A DNA stretch of 64,000 nucleotides from an uncultured Anaerolineales bacterium (GTDB lineage: Bacteria > Chloroflexota > Anaerolineae > Anaerolineales > UBA11858), in the NCBI GenBank assembly GCA_964406305.1, contig CAYORF010000001.1:12819-76818 (forward strand). Direction: 5' to 3'. Position numbers and translations under genes: made by a program. Positions 17,924 through 26,717 of this stretch are shown one piece after another. The notes below the pieces were generated by a model, which saw only the letters and a program-made list of their open reading frames with translations, had not been told where the DNA came from and ran no database searches. Numbering within the stretch: the stretch's first letter is position 1; each line of letters opens with the position of its first letter.

Positions 17924-18889
17924 ATGAAAGGAATTTGGAAAGGAGCTTCCCGTTTTAGCTTATTTCTAGTTGTTGTATTGATGATTTCCGCCTGCGGAAG
18001 ATCTTTTGAAGGTAACCAAACTCCGTGGGAAGGCAAAACCCGTGTTGTAGTAACCACAACATTTATTTCTGATGTGGTGGAAAACATTGCAGGAGATAAA
18101 GTAGATATTTCTTCACTGCTGACAGTAGGGCAGAACCCTCATTCTTACCAACCCGCTCCTATGGATATGGTGGCAGTCACAGAAGCTGATTTGATCCTGG
18201 CTAACGGATTTGGATTGGAGGATTTCCTGGAAGACCTGCTGTCTGGTACGGATACAACCGCCGAAGTGATCGTGGTCTCTGAGGGTATCAAACCGTTATT
18301 AATGGAAGGACATATTGAAGGTGATGATGATCATAGTTTAGAAGATTCCATGGAGGCCGTGATGGGCCAGGACCCCCATGTCTGGTTTGATCCTAATAAC
18401 GTTCTAATATGGGCTGAAAACATTACCAATGCCCTGTCAGAAGAAGACCCGGAGAATAGGGTCTTTTACCAGGATAATTTTGAAACCTATCAAGGACAGC
18501 TGTTGGAGCTGGATGTATGGATTCGTGAGCAGATCGAAAAAATTCCCGAAAACCAGCGGGAGCTTGTAACGGATCATTCTACCCTGGGTTATTTTGCACA
18601 GGAGTATAGCCTGGTCCAGATTGGGGCTGTTATCCCGGCTTTGACTACCGAAGCACAGACATCGGGTATGGAGCTGGCCGAGTTAATTGATGCGATTCGG
18701 GAACATCAGACCAAGGCGATTTTTATTGGAGTGGACTTTGACCCTAATCTAGCTCAGAGGGTGGCAGACGAAACAGGAGTGGAATTAGTTCCTCTTTATT
18801 TTGGATCTCTTTCTGATGGAGAACCGGCTGGGACCTACCTCTCTTTTATGCGTTATAACGTGAGCGCCATTGTGGAGGCGCTCCAATAG
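17924..18889 (+). CDS. metal ABC transporter substrate-binding lipoprotein (ZnuA/TroA family)
   Basis: Lipobox ISAC. The block is NPHSYQP...DPHVWFDP. An acidic/His-rich loop HIEGDDDHSLEDSMEAVMGQDPH is typical of ZnuA-like proteins. The start was moved to the ATG at 17924. Confidence 0.85.
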   Translation: MKGIWKGASRFSLFLVVVLMISACGRSFEGNQTPWEGKTRVVVTTTFISDVVENIAGDKVDISSLLTVGQNPHSYQPAPMDMVAVTEADLILANGFGLEDFLEDLLSGTDTTAEVIVVSEGIKPLLMEGHIEGDDDHSLEDSMEAVMGQDPHVWFDPNNVLIWAENITNALSEEDPENRVFYQDNFETYQGQLLELDVWIREQIEKIPENQRELVTDHSTLGYFAQEYSLVQIGAVIPALTTEAQTSGMELAELIDAIREHQTKAIFIGVDFDPNLAQRVADETGVELVPLYFGSLSDGEPAGTYLSFMRYNVSAIVEALQ

Positions 18890-18898
18890 GCAGATACT

Positions 18899-19750
18899 AT
18901 GAAAAATTTTATCAATTCTTTTCGCAAGCAATCCTTCTCGCGCCGTTATGCCCCTCACGAGTTGGATGCGCCGCTGTTAGCCATGCAGGATATCACGGTT
19001 CATTATGAAACCGGGTTGGTTCTTGATCGGATCAGTTTCGATCTGAAGCCGGGATCTGCTGTTGCTGTGGTGGGGCCAAATGGGGCTGGAAAGACTACTT
19101 TATTTAAGGTGATTGCCGGCATTCTTGATCCCGGAGAAGGGATCGTCCAGATATCTGGACATGAACCGGGTGGGCATACCTGCATTGCATACGTACCCCA
19201 GCGAAGCACGGTGGATTGGACCTTTCCGGCTACGGTGGCCGACGTGGTCATGATGGGCCGGATAAACAAGATGGGCCCATTTTTATGGCCTCAGAAAGAT
19301 GACTGGGATGTGGTTTATCGCTCGCTTGATTTTGTGAATTTGTCAGATTATGCCAAACGCCAGATCAGCGAACTCTCCGGAGGTCAGCAGCAGCGAATGT
19401 TCATGGCAAGAGCTCTGGCCCAGGAAGCTGAACTGATGCTGCTGGATGAGCCTTTTAACGGACTCGATGTCCCGGCCCAGGAGAAGATTCTTGAGATCAT
19501 GGCTACGCTTAAACAACAAAATGTGACCGTGATGATCTCGATGCATGACCTGCGCCTGGCGGCCGAACAATTTGATCGGGTAATGCTTTTGAATAAAAAA
19601 TTATTGGGATTTGGCGTACCGGAAGAAGTTTTTACCAGAGACCTGCTTTTGAAAGCCTATCAGGGACACCTTCATTTTGTGGAAGGGGAATTCGATACCC
19701 TGGCCGTAGGAGACGACTGCTGTGATGGAGACCGATATGAATATCATTGA
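18899..19750 (+). CDS. metal ABC transporter ATP-binding protein
   Basis: Walker A GPNGAGKTT, signature LSGGQQQR and Walker B LLLDEP. Confidence 0.9.
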   Translation: MKNFINSFRKQSFSRRYAPHELDAPLLAMQDITVHYETGLVLDRISFDLKPGSAVAVVGPNGAGKTTLFKVIAGILDPGEGIVQISGHEPGGHTCIAYVPQRSTVDWTFPATVADVVMMGRINKMGPFLWPQKDDWDVVYRSLDFVNLSDYAKRQISELSGGQQQRMFMARALAQEAELMLLDEPFNGLDVPAQEKILEIMATLKQQNVTVMISMHDLRLAAEQFDRVMLLNKKLLGFGVPEEVFTRDLLLKAYQGHLHFVEGEFDTLAVGDDCCDGDRYEYH

Positions 19751-20612
19751 TCTGTTATTAACCCCCCTTAATTATTCCTTTATGGTGCGAGGTTTAACTG
19801 CAGCAGTGCTGACCGGAATTGTCTGTGCTGTGATCGGTGTCTATGTTGTGGTCCGTGGCTTGGCCTTTTTTGGTGATGCCCTGGCACACTCGATCCTGCC
19901 AGGAGTAGCTGTTGGTTACCTGCTTACAGATGGTGCTCGAGAGCCTCTCTTCTGGTGGGGAACTGGCACAGCGGTAGTGGTCTCGTTGGTGATAGGTGCG
20001 GTCAGTAAAGGTGCCAGAATCAAGCAAGATACAGCGATCGGCATTATTTTCGCCGGCATGTTTGCCTTGGGTATAGCCATAATCTCCACTGTAAAAAGCT
20101 ACACTGTGGATTTGACTCATTTTCTATTTGGAGATGTTCTGGGAGTGTCCGGGAACCAGCTGATTACTATTGCAATTTTCAGTGCCCTGATCCTGATCCT
20201 GGTGATCGCCTTTTACAAGGAGTTTCTGGTTATGACATTTGATCCCACCCTGGCAGCCACCCTTCGCATCCCCACCCAGTTTTTTGAATATCTGCAGCTT
20301 GTATTAATTGCCCTGACTGTTGCGGTTTCATTCCAGGCTGTGGGAGTGGGATTGATGGTTGCTATGTTGATCACTCCGGCCGCGGCGGCCTATCTACTCA
20401 CTAAACGCCTGCCAATAATGATGATCCTGGCAGCGATCATAGCTTCCGCTTCTGGTGTAATCGGGCTTTATTTTTCCTATTATGTCAACGTGGCATCCGG
20501 GCCAGCAATTGTGCTGGTCGCAACGGGGTTCTTTGTGATCGCCTGGGGGTATTCTAAATTGCGTACCCGTAGGATGATCTTGGGTTCCAAACAAGAAATT
20601 AAGCCAGTTTAA
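19737..20612 (+). CDS. metal ABC transporter permease (ZnuB/TroC-like)
   Basis: Polytopic membrane protein with the family block FFGDALAHSILPG. The ATG at 19737 overlaps the end of the ATPase gene. Confidence 0.9.
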   Translation: MNIIDLLLTPLNYSFMVRGLTAAVLTGIVCAVIGVYVVVRGLAFFGDALAHSILPGVAVGYLLTDGAREPLFWWGTGTAVVVSLVIGAVSKGARIKQDTAIGIIFAGMFALGIAIISTVKSYTVDLTHFLFGDVLGVSGNQLITIAIFSALILILVIAFYKEFLVMTFDPTLAATLRIPTQFFEYLQLVLIALTVAVSFQAVGVGLMVAMLITPAAAAYLLTKRLPIMMILAAIIASASGVIGLYFSYYVNVASGPAIVLVATGFFVIAWGYSKLRTRRMILGSKQEIKPV

Positions 20613-22056
20613 TTTTCAGTCTGGATTCAATAAACCAGAGGAGGCTAGCGAGTAGACCCAGGAATAGAACCAGGTAGATCACTACCAAACCCAGACTTGT
20701 CCCATTCACCCAGGTTCCATATAACAAACCCGCTATCGTACTGAACAAGGCTACCCAGCCCACATAGACCCAGGCTTTTAGCCGTCCGATAATTGAGGAC
20801 GTGATCAGAATGCTTTGCAAGCTGAGTTCCGGATCTGAGATCAGGTAAGCTAATAGTGGCCCCCGGTGCATTCCCAAATCTAGGAACATCTGGGCGATTG
20901 GTACTTCAACCAGGGTCGGGAAGTACATAAAAACGCCAAAGATCACTCCTGCAAAATTACCCAGAACTGTATTTTCGCCAGCGATAGCCTGGATCCATTC
21001 TGGTTTGATCAGTTCACGGATCACACCAACAGCAAATACTCCTAAGATCAATAGAGGAAAGATCTGTTTTACAAAACGCCAGCTTTCCCACAAGAAATCC
21101 CTGGTTTCAATCCGGGTTAATTGAGTTGGGATCATCCAGGTTAAAACACCGATCACTATTAGAACCCCGAAGAACTTGCCAGTCAGGAGCAAAGTTACTC
21201 CTCCGGCATAGGAATTAATTCCCAGGCTTGCGAATATCAGAGTTAAACCCACCAATATTGTAGAAAGCCAGGTCCAACCAGTTATCCCGTCATGGATCTT
21301 TTCAATTCCTTTCCAGGCAGCTAGACCGATCAGAGCCAGCATGCTAATTAAGAAGAGCCCCTGAACTGTAACCCCTTCTTCTCCCCTGGAGGGATCAAAA
21401 GGCACAAGTTTAAATAGTTTTTCCTGGAGGGGATGGATTCCGGGGATTGAAAGGTCTATTTGGTAATAAACAGATTTGAGGATGTCGATCTGAAACGTGC
21501 CTACGATCAGTAAGGCAACCAGTACTAGCAGGAAAATGACAGCGGCTTTTCTCATTTTGGCTTGGCCGGCGAATAGTGCGTCCGTTCTCTTGTCATGTTC
21601 AGCATCAGCCTTCCGGAAGATCAAAGCCATGATGATGCCCACACCAATGCCGAATGAGATCGATAATAGCAGTCGGGCGATGGCCAGGTCGATACCGAGA
21701 ACTGTCCCGGTATAGGTTAGTGCCAGGATATTGACGGCGGGCGCCACAAAAAGGAATGTGATGGCGGGTCCCAATCCGGCACCCTTCTTGTGGATACCTG
21801 CGAAGAGTGGGATTACTGTACAGGAGCAGATGGCAAGCAGAAAACCCGCTGCAGCAGCGGCAGGGTAGGAAATGTATTTGGGTGTATTTCTGCCCAGGTA
21901 GCGGGTCACTGTTTCTTTTGGGATCAGAGTGGTCATCGCGCCTGCAATCACAAAAGCAGGCAGCAAACAGAGCAGAACATGAGCGGCCAGATAGGATGTC
22001 AGGTTGCTCAGACCACTGAAGAACAGGTCGTAAACTATTGTTAGGATTGATTCCAT
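20599..22056 (-). CDS. predicted permease (DUF318/ArsP-type family with CxC motif)
   Basis: 485 aa and polytopic. The block LAICSCTVIPLFAGIHKKGAGLGPAITFLFVAPAVN matches the predicted-permease family that usually pairs with ArsR and a small thioredoxin-like protein. It is longer than the roughly 300-350 aa I associate with this family. Confidence 0.7.
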   Translation of the reverse strand: MESILTIVYDLFFSGLSNLTSYLAAHVLLCLLPAFVIAGAMTTLIPKETVTRYLGRNTPKYISYPAAAAAGFLLAICSCTVIPLFAGIHKKGAGLGPAITFLFVAPAVNILALTYTGTVLGIDLAIARLLLSISFGIGVGIIMALIFRKADAEHDKRTDALFAGQAKMRKAAVIFLLVLVALLIVGTFQIDILKSVYYQIDLSIPGIHPLQEKLFKLVPFDPSRGEEGVTVQGLFLISMLALIGLAAWKGIEKIHDGITGWTWLSTILVGLTLIFASLGINSYAGGVTLLLTGKFFGVLIVIGVLTWMIPTQLTRIETRDFLWESWRFVKQIFPLLILGVFAVGVIRELIKPEWIQAIAGENTVLGNFAGVIFGVFMYFPTLVEVPIAQMFLDLGMHRGPLLAYLISDPELSLQSILITSSIIGRLKAWVYVGWVALFSTIAGLLYGTWVNGTSLGLVVIYLVLFLGLLASLLWFIESRLKIKLA

Positions 22057-22074
22057 AATGTGCGATTTCCTTGT

Positions 22075-22100
22075 AATATATTCAGGAATTTGAATATATT
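22075..22100. promoter_or_regulatory. palindromic operator AATATATTCA-N6-TGAATATATT upstream of the permease gene
   Basis: Perfect 10-bp arms. The core ATATTCA-N6-TGAATAT is identical in arms and spacing to the site at 22777-22796 on the ArsR start. Confidence 0.55.
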
Positions 22101-22103
22101 AGT

Positions 22104-22125
22104 AAAAAACCCTGCCGTAGCGGGG
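22104..22125 (-). terminator. rho-independent terminator after the thioredoxin-like gene
   Basis: On the minus strand, CCCCGC-UACG-GCAGGG is followed by UUUUUU. Confidence 0.6.
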
Positions 22126-22146
22126 AAAATTTATAAATGAATTTGT

Positions 22147-22392
22147 TTATTCTAATGTGGTGGTCAGAAAAGAGATCAATTCATTTTGGGAGGGAATCCT
22201 GCCGCTGGAGACGACTTTATCATTGATTACCAGGCCGGGAGTACTGAGTACATCATAGTCCATGATCTTCTGGAAATCGGTGACTTTTTCGAATTCGGCC
22301 TCGACGGCTAGATCCTGGGCGGCTTTTTTAATCTCCTGCTCCAATTTATTGCAGTTAGAGCATCCTGTGCCGAGAATTTTTATTTTTAACAT
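22147..22392 (-). CDS. small thioredoxin-fold protein (redox-active disulfide protein 2 type, CxxC)
   Basis: 81 aa, MLKIKILGTGCSNCNKLEQ..., with an AGGAG SD. Confidence 0.8.
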   Translation of the reverse strand: MLKIKILGTGCSNCNKLEQEIKKAAQDLAVEAEFEKVTDFQKIMDYDVLSTPGLVINDKVVSSGRIPSQNELISFLTTTLE

Positions 22393-22400
22393 GATGACTC

Positions 22401-22784
22401 CTACTTATTTGATGGTACAGGTTCAGGAATACAGTGGGGACAATCACACTTAACGTGTTTTTTTGTTTCGGTGATTTTAGGGATGGAGTTCTCTGGGAGG
22501 TTGAGGATATCCGCGGCAGATTCCAGGATCTCAAATAGATCACGATTGGCTGCGCGATAGTAAATATACTTTCCGTCGCGCCGTGTGTCCAGGATGCCAG
22601 CGTCTCGCATCACCATCAAGTGCTGAGAGATGAAGGCCTGTCGTTTGTTAAGAACTGTTTCCAGATGACAAACGCAGGCTTCTCCATAACCAATGATATA
22701 TAAGATTTGGATGCGGAAAGGCGATCCAAGGATTTTGAAGTATTCAGCGATACGGGATTCCCCGCCATTTTTATTCATATTCAT
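22401..22784 (-). CDS. ArsR/SmtB family metalloregulator with Cys-rich C-terminal tail
   Basis: The HTH block is FKILGSPFRIQILYIIGYGEACVCHLETVLNKRQAFISQHLMVMRDAGIL, and the tail is KCDCPHCIPEP. The start was set at the ATG at 22784 (MNMNKNGG); the track start at 22823 is an upstream extension. Confidence 0.85.
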   Translation of the reverse strand: MNMNKNGGESRIAEYFKILGSPFRIQILYIIGYGEACVCHLETVLNKRQAFISQHLMVMRDAGILDTRRDGKYIYYRAANRDLFEILESAADILNLPENSIPKITETKKHVKCDCPHCIPEPVPSNK

Positions 22785-22797
22785 AATAATGAATATG
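22776..22797. promoter_or_regulatory. palindromic operator CATATTCAT-N4-ATGAATATG overlapping the ArsR start codon
   Basis: Perfect 9-bp arms. It contains ATATTCA-N6-TGAATAT (22777-22796), the same core as 22078-22097. Confidence 0.55.
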
Positions 22798-22872
22798 TTA
22801 CTTCTGGCGAGACAGATTGTCAACCCCCTGACCTAATCACTGAACTGATCTGTGTAAACTGGAAGAAGCAGA

Positions 22873-24147
22873 TTATCCGGTTTCAAAAACCCATTCTCCC
22901 TTTCTCATTAAGGGATGTGCTTCGCCGTTTTGATCATATCCGTCTACATCTATCTCAGCGGATCCAATCATAAAATCATAATGGACCGTGCTGTGATTGC
23001 CTCCAGCCGCCACAAATTCTTCTGTACTCATATCATCAGCCCCGCTTAAACATTCCCGGATGCCCCTTCCGAGGGCGATATGAATGGATGCGTTCTCGTC
23101 CAGCAGGGTGTTGTGGAAGATCACTCCAGCCCGGGAAATTGGAGAACTGTGCGGAACCAGGGCGAGTTCTCCCAGTCGGCAGGAGCCTTCGTCGATTTCA
23201 ATGGTCTTTTTAACGAACTCCTCTCCGGTCTTGGCTTTGACTTTGGTGACCTTACCTTCCTTAAATTCCAGATAGAGTCCCTCCACGAATCCGTCACCCA
23301 TGGTGAATGGTTTAGTAGAGGAAACATAACCATCAACTCCCTTCCGGTCCGGTAAGGTGAAAACCTCTTCGGAGGGCATGTTAACGGCGTTATCCCGTCC
23401 CTCTTTGTCCTTAAATACAGCGGTTTTCCAGCGATGGCCTTCTGGGAGCCGAATCTTCAAATCAGTTCCTGGGCTTTTTAGTTGGATGTATTGAAAACTG
23501 TTATTCGTCAGGCTGTCAGCGCGATCGATCAGGGAAGAAAAATGCTCCTCCCAATATTTAATGGGATCATCCTTATCCAGCCGATAGAATTTGATCATGT
23601 ATTCTGAAATCTTTTCTACCGCATCTTCCGGAGAAAGATCTGGAAAGACGGCTTGAGCCCAGGGGGTAGTGGGATACAGGATGATGATCCAGGGTGTTGG
23701 ATTCAAAACCATGTATTCATTTGCTTCCCTGAAGGTTTCAGAACGGCTTTTCTGCATCTCGGAAAGCAAGGAGCTGTCAATATCCTTAAACATATAGGGG
23801 TCGGATCCCCCGATATAGATCCTGGCATCTTTCCTTTTGGCAGCCTCTACAATTTCACCGACAGACCAGGTAGGCATTTCCTGGAAGGATTCTCTAGGGG
23901 CATTCTTATATCGGACTAAATCGAGTTCTGGATCTCCCCAAAATACCTCAACCAGAGGTGCCCCCAACTGATAAGCCTTGGCAGTGAGCTTCCTCACCAG
24001 AGGAGCGGCTTCCAGCGGGGTATAGAATCTGGCAGACCTGCCTGGTAAAGCCCCTATCCTGATCCGCTGACCAGTTTTATAGTTCAATCCGACTTTCATG
24101 ATCAGTTCGGCATAACTATCTAGATACTTTTCGAACATCTTGGCCAT
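22873..24147 (-). CDS. aminopeptidase, M29 (AmpS/PepS) family
   Basis: 424 aa. The N-terminal block YAELIMKVGLNYKTGQRIRI and the C-terminal blocks HIALG...GGNHSTVHYDFM match thermophilic metalloprotease M29. Confidence 0.85.
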   Translation of the reverse strand: MAKMFEKYLDSYAELIMKVGLNYKTGQRIRIGALPGRSARFYTPLEAAPLVRKLTAKAYQLGAPLVEVFWGDPELDLVRYKNAPRESFQEMPTWSVGEIVEAAKRKDARIYIGGSDPYMFKDIDSSLLSEMQKSRSETFREANEYMVLNPTPWIIILYPTTPWAQAVFPDLSPEDAVEKISEYMIKFYRLDKDDPIKYWEEHFSSLIDRADSLTNNSFQYIQLKSPGTDLKIRLPEGHRWKTAVFKDKEGRDNAVNMPSEEVFTLPDRKGVDGYVSSTKPFTMGDGFVEGLYLEFKEGKVTKVKAKTGEEFVKKTIEIDEGSCRLGELALVPHSSPISRAGVIFHNTLLDENASIHIALGRGIRECLSGADDMSTEEFVAAGGNHSTVHYDFMIGSAEIDVDGYDQNGEAHPLMRKGEWVFETG

Positions 24148-24201
24148 CTTAATTCTCCTCTGGAAATACTATTGACTATTCAGACTTTATTCTTTTAATG
24201 A

Positions 24202-25266
24202 CTACCGGGCACTAAAACCCCCGATCTTCTTTAAGGCCCAGGCAGCGGCTCCCCGTATCAGGGGCTCATCGTCCTTTTGGGCTGTTTCCAGGGTGGGGAT
24301 AGCATCCTTTTCCCCGCGGTTACCGAGTGCAATTGCGACATTCCGCAAATATCCCCGGCGTTTGCTCCTTTTGATAGGGCTTCCCTTAAAACGGGCGCTG
24401 AAACCCTCCTGGCTGAGTTCCATTTCATCAATGAGGTCAATGTCTGTCAGCTCTATGCGCGGCTGCAGCGCCGCTAGTATGGAATGCGATTGCTCCCCGG
24501 GTTTATTCCAGGGGCAGACTATTTGGCAGATATCGCATCCAAAGATCCAATCACCCATCCTGGGTCGCAGTTCCCCTTGGATTTCCGCCCGGTGTTCGAT
24601 AGTAAGGTACGAGATACAGCGATTGGCATCCAGGGTATATGGTTCTTTGAGGGCGCCAGTTGGACAAGTGTCCAGGCATCGTGTGCAGGTGCCGCAGAAG
24701 GTTTCAGTGATCGGTGGATCAGTGATCAGTTCCAGACCAAGCAGGATCTCAGAGAGGAAGAAATATGACCCATGATCGCGGTTGATCAGGGTGGTATTTT
24801 TACCGATCCAACCCAAACCGGCCCGCATGGCTAGCTCCTTTTCAAGAACAGGACCAGTATCGACATACCAGCGGTTAGGTACGGTTTCTCCGATCAATTC
24901 CTCGATGGTTTCCATCAATTTCTTCAAGCGCTTCTCGAGCACTTCGTGATAATCCTGATTTAAGGCATAGGAGGCGATGTTGCCGCCCTTGACGTTGCCT
25001 CTCGGCGCTGGATATGGGCAGGCGAGGACCAGGATCGATTGGCACTCCGGCAAGATCTTTCTCGGATCTGAACGCCGCTCAAGGGAGCGTTCATTCCCGA
25101 TCCAATCCATGGATGCGTTAAATCCTGAATCCAACCAGTCCTGGAAGAAATCCAGGTGATCAGGTGGGTCGGCTGTGGTTACACCCACCAAGGGAAATCC
25201 TAGCTCGATAGCTTTGATTTTGATCTTCTGAGTCAGTGCACTTTTATCCATTTTCAGGGAACCCAT
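24202..25266 (-). CDS. queG: tRNA epoxyqueuosine(34) reductase QueG
   Basis: The 4Fe-4S blocks are CGTCTRCLDTCPTGA and CDICQIVCPWN. It has a C-terminal HEAT-like repeat (DEPLIRGAAAWAL). An alternative start is at 25251. Confidence 0.9.
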   Translation of the reverse strand: MGSLKMDKSALTQKIKIKAIELGFPLVGVTTADPPDHLDFFQDWLDSGFNASMDWIGNERSLERRSDPRKILPECQSILVLACPYPAPRGNVKGGNIASYALNQDYHEVLEKRLKKLMETIEELIGETVPNRWYVDTGPVLEKELAMRAGLGWIGKNTTLINRDHGSYFFLSEILLGLELITDPPITETFCGTCTRCLDTCPTGALKEPYTLDANRCISYLTIEHRAEIQGELRPRMGDWIFGCDICQIVCPWNKPGEQSHSILAALQPRIELTDIDLIDEMELSQEGFSARFKGSPIKRSKRRGYLRNVAIALGNRGEKDAIPTLETAQKDDEPLIRGAAAWALKKIGGFSAR

Positions 25267-26717
25267 CCCGGCTGGAAACCGTTAATGATCAGGCGTAGGG
25301 GCTCGCCGCCGGTGGTGTCGATCAACCAGATCTCAGGGGGGTCAGAAAGAGCTGCCTGGTTGTAGCGCACATAGGCTAACAACTTCCCGTCCGGGTGCCA
25401 GGCGAAGGAAGTGTGTTGATAATCTATAACTTCTGATAGTTGAGTGTTTTCACCATTAATTATATTCAAAACCCAGAGCTCCCGTCCCGGAGTCCACAGG
25501 GCGGGATCGAGGGATTTGTGACTGTAAGCTAAGGTCAAACCCGAAGGAGCGAAGCTGGGGTTGAGGTCCTCAGGGTAGCTGCCGCGTGAAAGATCCAGGG
25601 TGGTGTTTTCCTTTAAGTCATAGAGTTGAAGATGGCGAGGTGCCAGGGTGTCGCTCAGGAACAGGATTTCAGAGCAGACGAAATAACGCCCATCAGGAGA
25701 CCAGCTGCCATCCCCACCGGTTTCGTTGGGGAGTAATTGAGTCTCACCGGTAACGGGATTCCAAAACTGGTAGCCTTTCCCGGTTTGGTTGTAATAGGCA
25801 AGCCACCCTGAAGGGGACCAGAGTGGTTTTTCAAGGTACTGATTTTTTTCTCCCAGATCAATTTGGGTCATGACTTCGATGTCCAAAACCTTGACTGTGG
25901 GACGCTTTCCAGGTTCTATGGGAATGTATTCATAGGCCAACAAATACCCGTCAGGAGATATCCTGGGAGTGGTGCATAGCCCATCAGAGCAGGATGTAAT
26001 TTGTCCAGAAGCCCCGGTTAATCGATCAAGGACCATGATCCTGCCCGTGCCGTCCTCACTGGTGGAGCTGTAATAGATCTGTTCACCGTTAGCCGAAATG
26101 GAATAATCCAGGACCCCGTTGAGTTCTTCTGTCAACGTCTGACTCTCCCCGCTAACAGGATTGACCAGATAGAGATTACTTGTATTATCTGCTGGCCACA
26201 GATATGTCAGCAGAATTGGGCTGACAGTCATTTCAATACTGAATTTACCCAGAAGGGGCAGCCTGATCCGTGACCGGGACCAACTCTTTAGCTGGAGGGT
26301 GATGATCTCTCCTGCTGGCCAGGATTTATTGGGTGTGAATGTGAGCTGATTGTTATCTTCGCTCCAGTTATATTCGCCTGGTTGAGATGGCTCCAAGTCT
26401 AACCGGCTTTCTACGCTATCACCATACATGGCTCTGGTGAACCGTATCACCAGAGGTTGCCGGCCGTGCAGTTCTCCTTCTGATGGCTCAATTCCTTCAA
26501 TCCGGGGCGCAAGCTGCCAGCCGATCAATACCAATATCAGCAGAACAACAAAGCCCAGGACCAGCCCGATTTTCCATCTCATGGCCCAATTATAATCGAC
26601 ATCATTCAGCAGTTGTTTTTCTCTAACTGGGTTCGGAAAGGTTGATTTTACAGCTTTGAGAGGAAAGATTATCGGGGATTGGTTCATGTTAGAATGATAG
26701 CTATGAAACGCTGGCAA
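25254..26717 (-). CDS. membrane-anchored TolB-like/PD40 beta-propeller protein with N-terminal Ig-like domain
   Basis: It has one TM segment followed by repeated blocks of the S-P-D-G..LAY / W-S-P-(D/S)-G type (ISPDGYLLAY, WSPSGWLAY, WSPDGRYF, HPDGKLLAY). Confidence 0.7.
   Translation of the reverse strand: MPAFHSYHSNMNQSPIIFPLKAVKSTFPNPVREKQLLNDVDYNWAMRWKIGLVLGFVVLLILVLIGWQLAPRIEGIEPSEGELHGRQPLVIRFTRAMYGDSVESRLDLEPSQPGEYNWSEDNNQLTFTPNKSWPAGEIITLQLKSWSRSRIRLPLLGKFSIEMTVSPILLTYLWPADNTSNLYLVNPVSGESQTLTEELNGVLDYSISANGEQIYYSSTSEDGTGRIMVLDRLTGASGQITSCSDGLCTTPRISPDGYLLAYEYIPIEPGKRPTVKVLDIEVMTQIDLGEKNQYLEKPLWSPSGWLAYYNQTGKGYQFWNPVTGETQLLPNETGGDGSWSPDGRYFVCSEILFLSDTLAPRHLQLYDLKENTTLDLSRGSYPEDLNPSFAPSGLTLAYSHKSLDPALWTPGRELWVLNIINGENTQLSEVIDYQHTSFAWHPDGKLLAYVRYNQAALSDPPEIWLIDTTGGEPLRLIINGFQPGWVP

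Noticed and set aside
22147-22392. Other thioredoxin-fold or redox genes as additional selenoproteins (22147..22392 GCSNC and 30804..31049 CLGC).
   Set aside because: Both have intact Cys-Cys motifs and no in-frame TGA.
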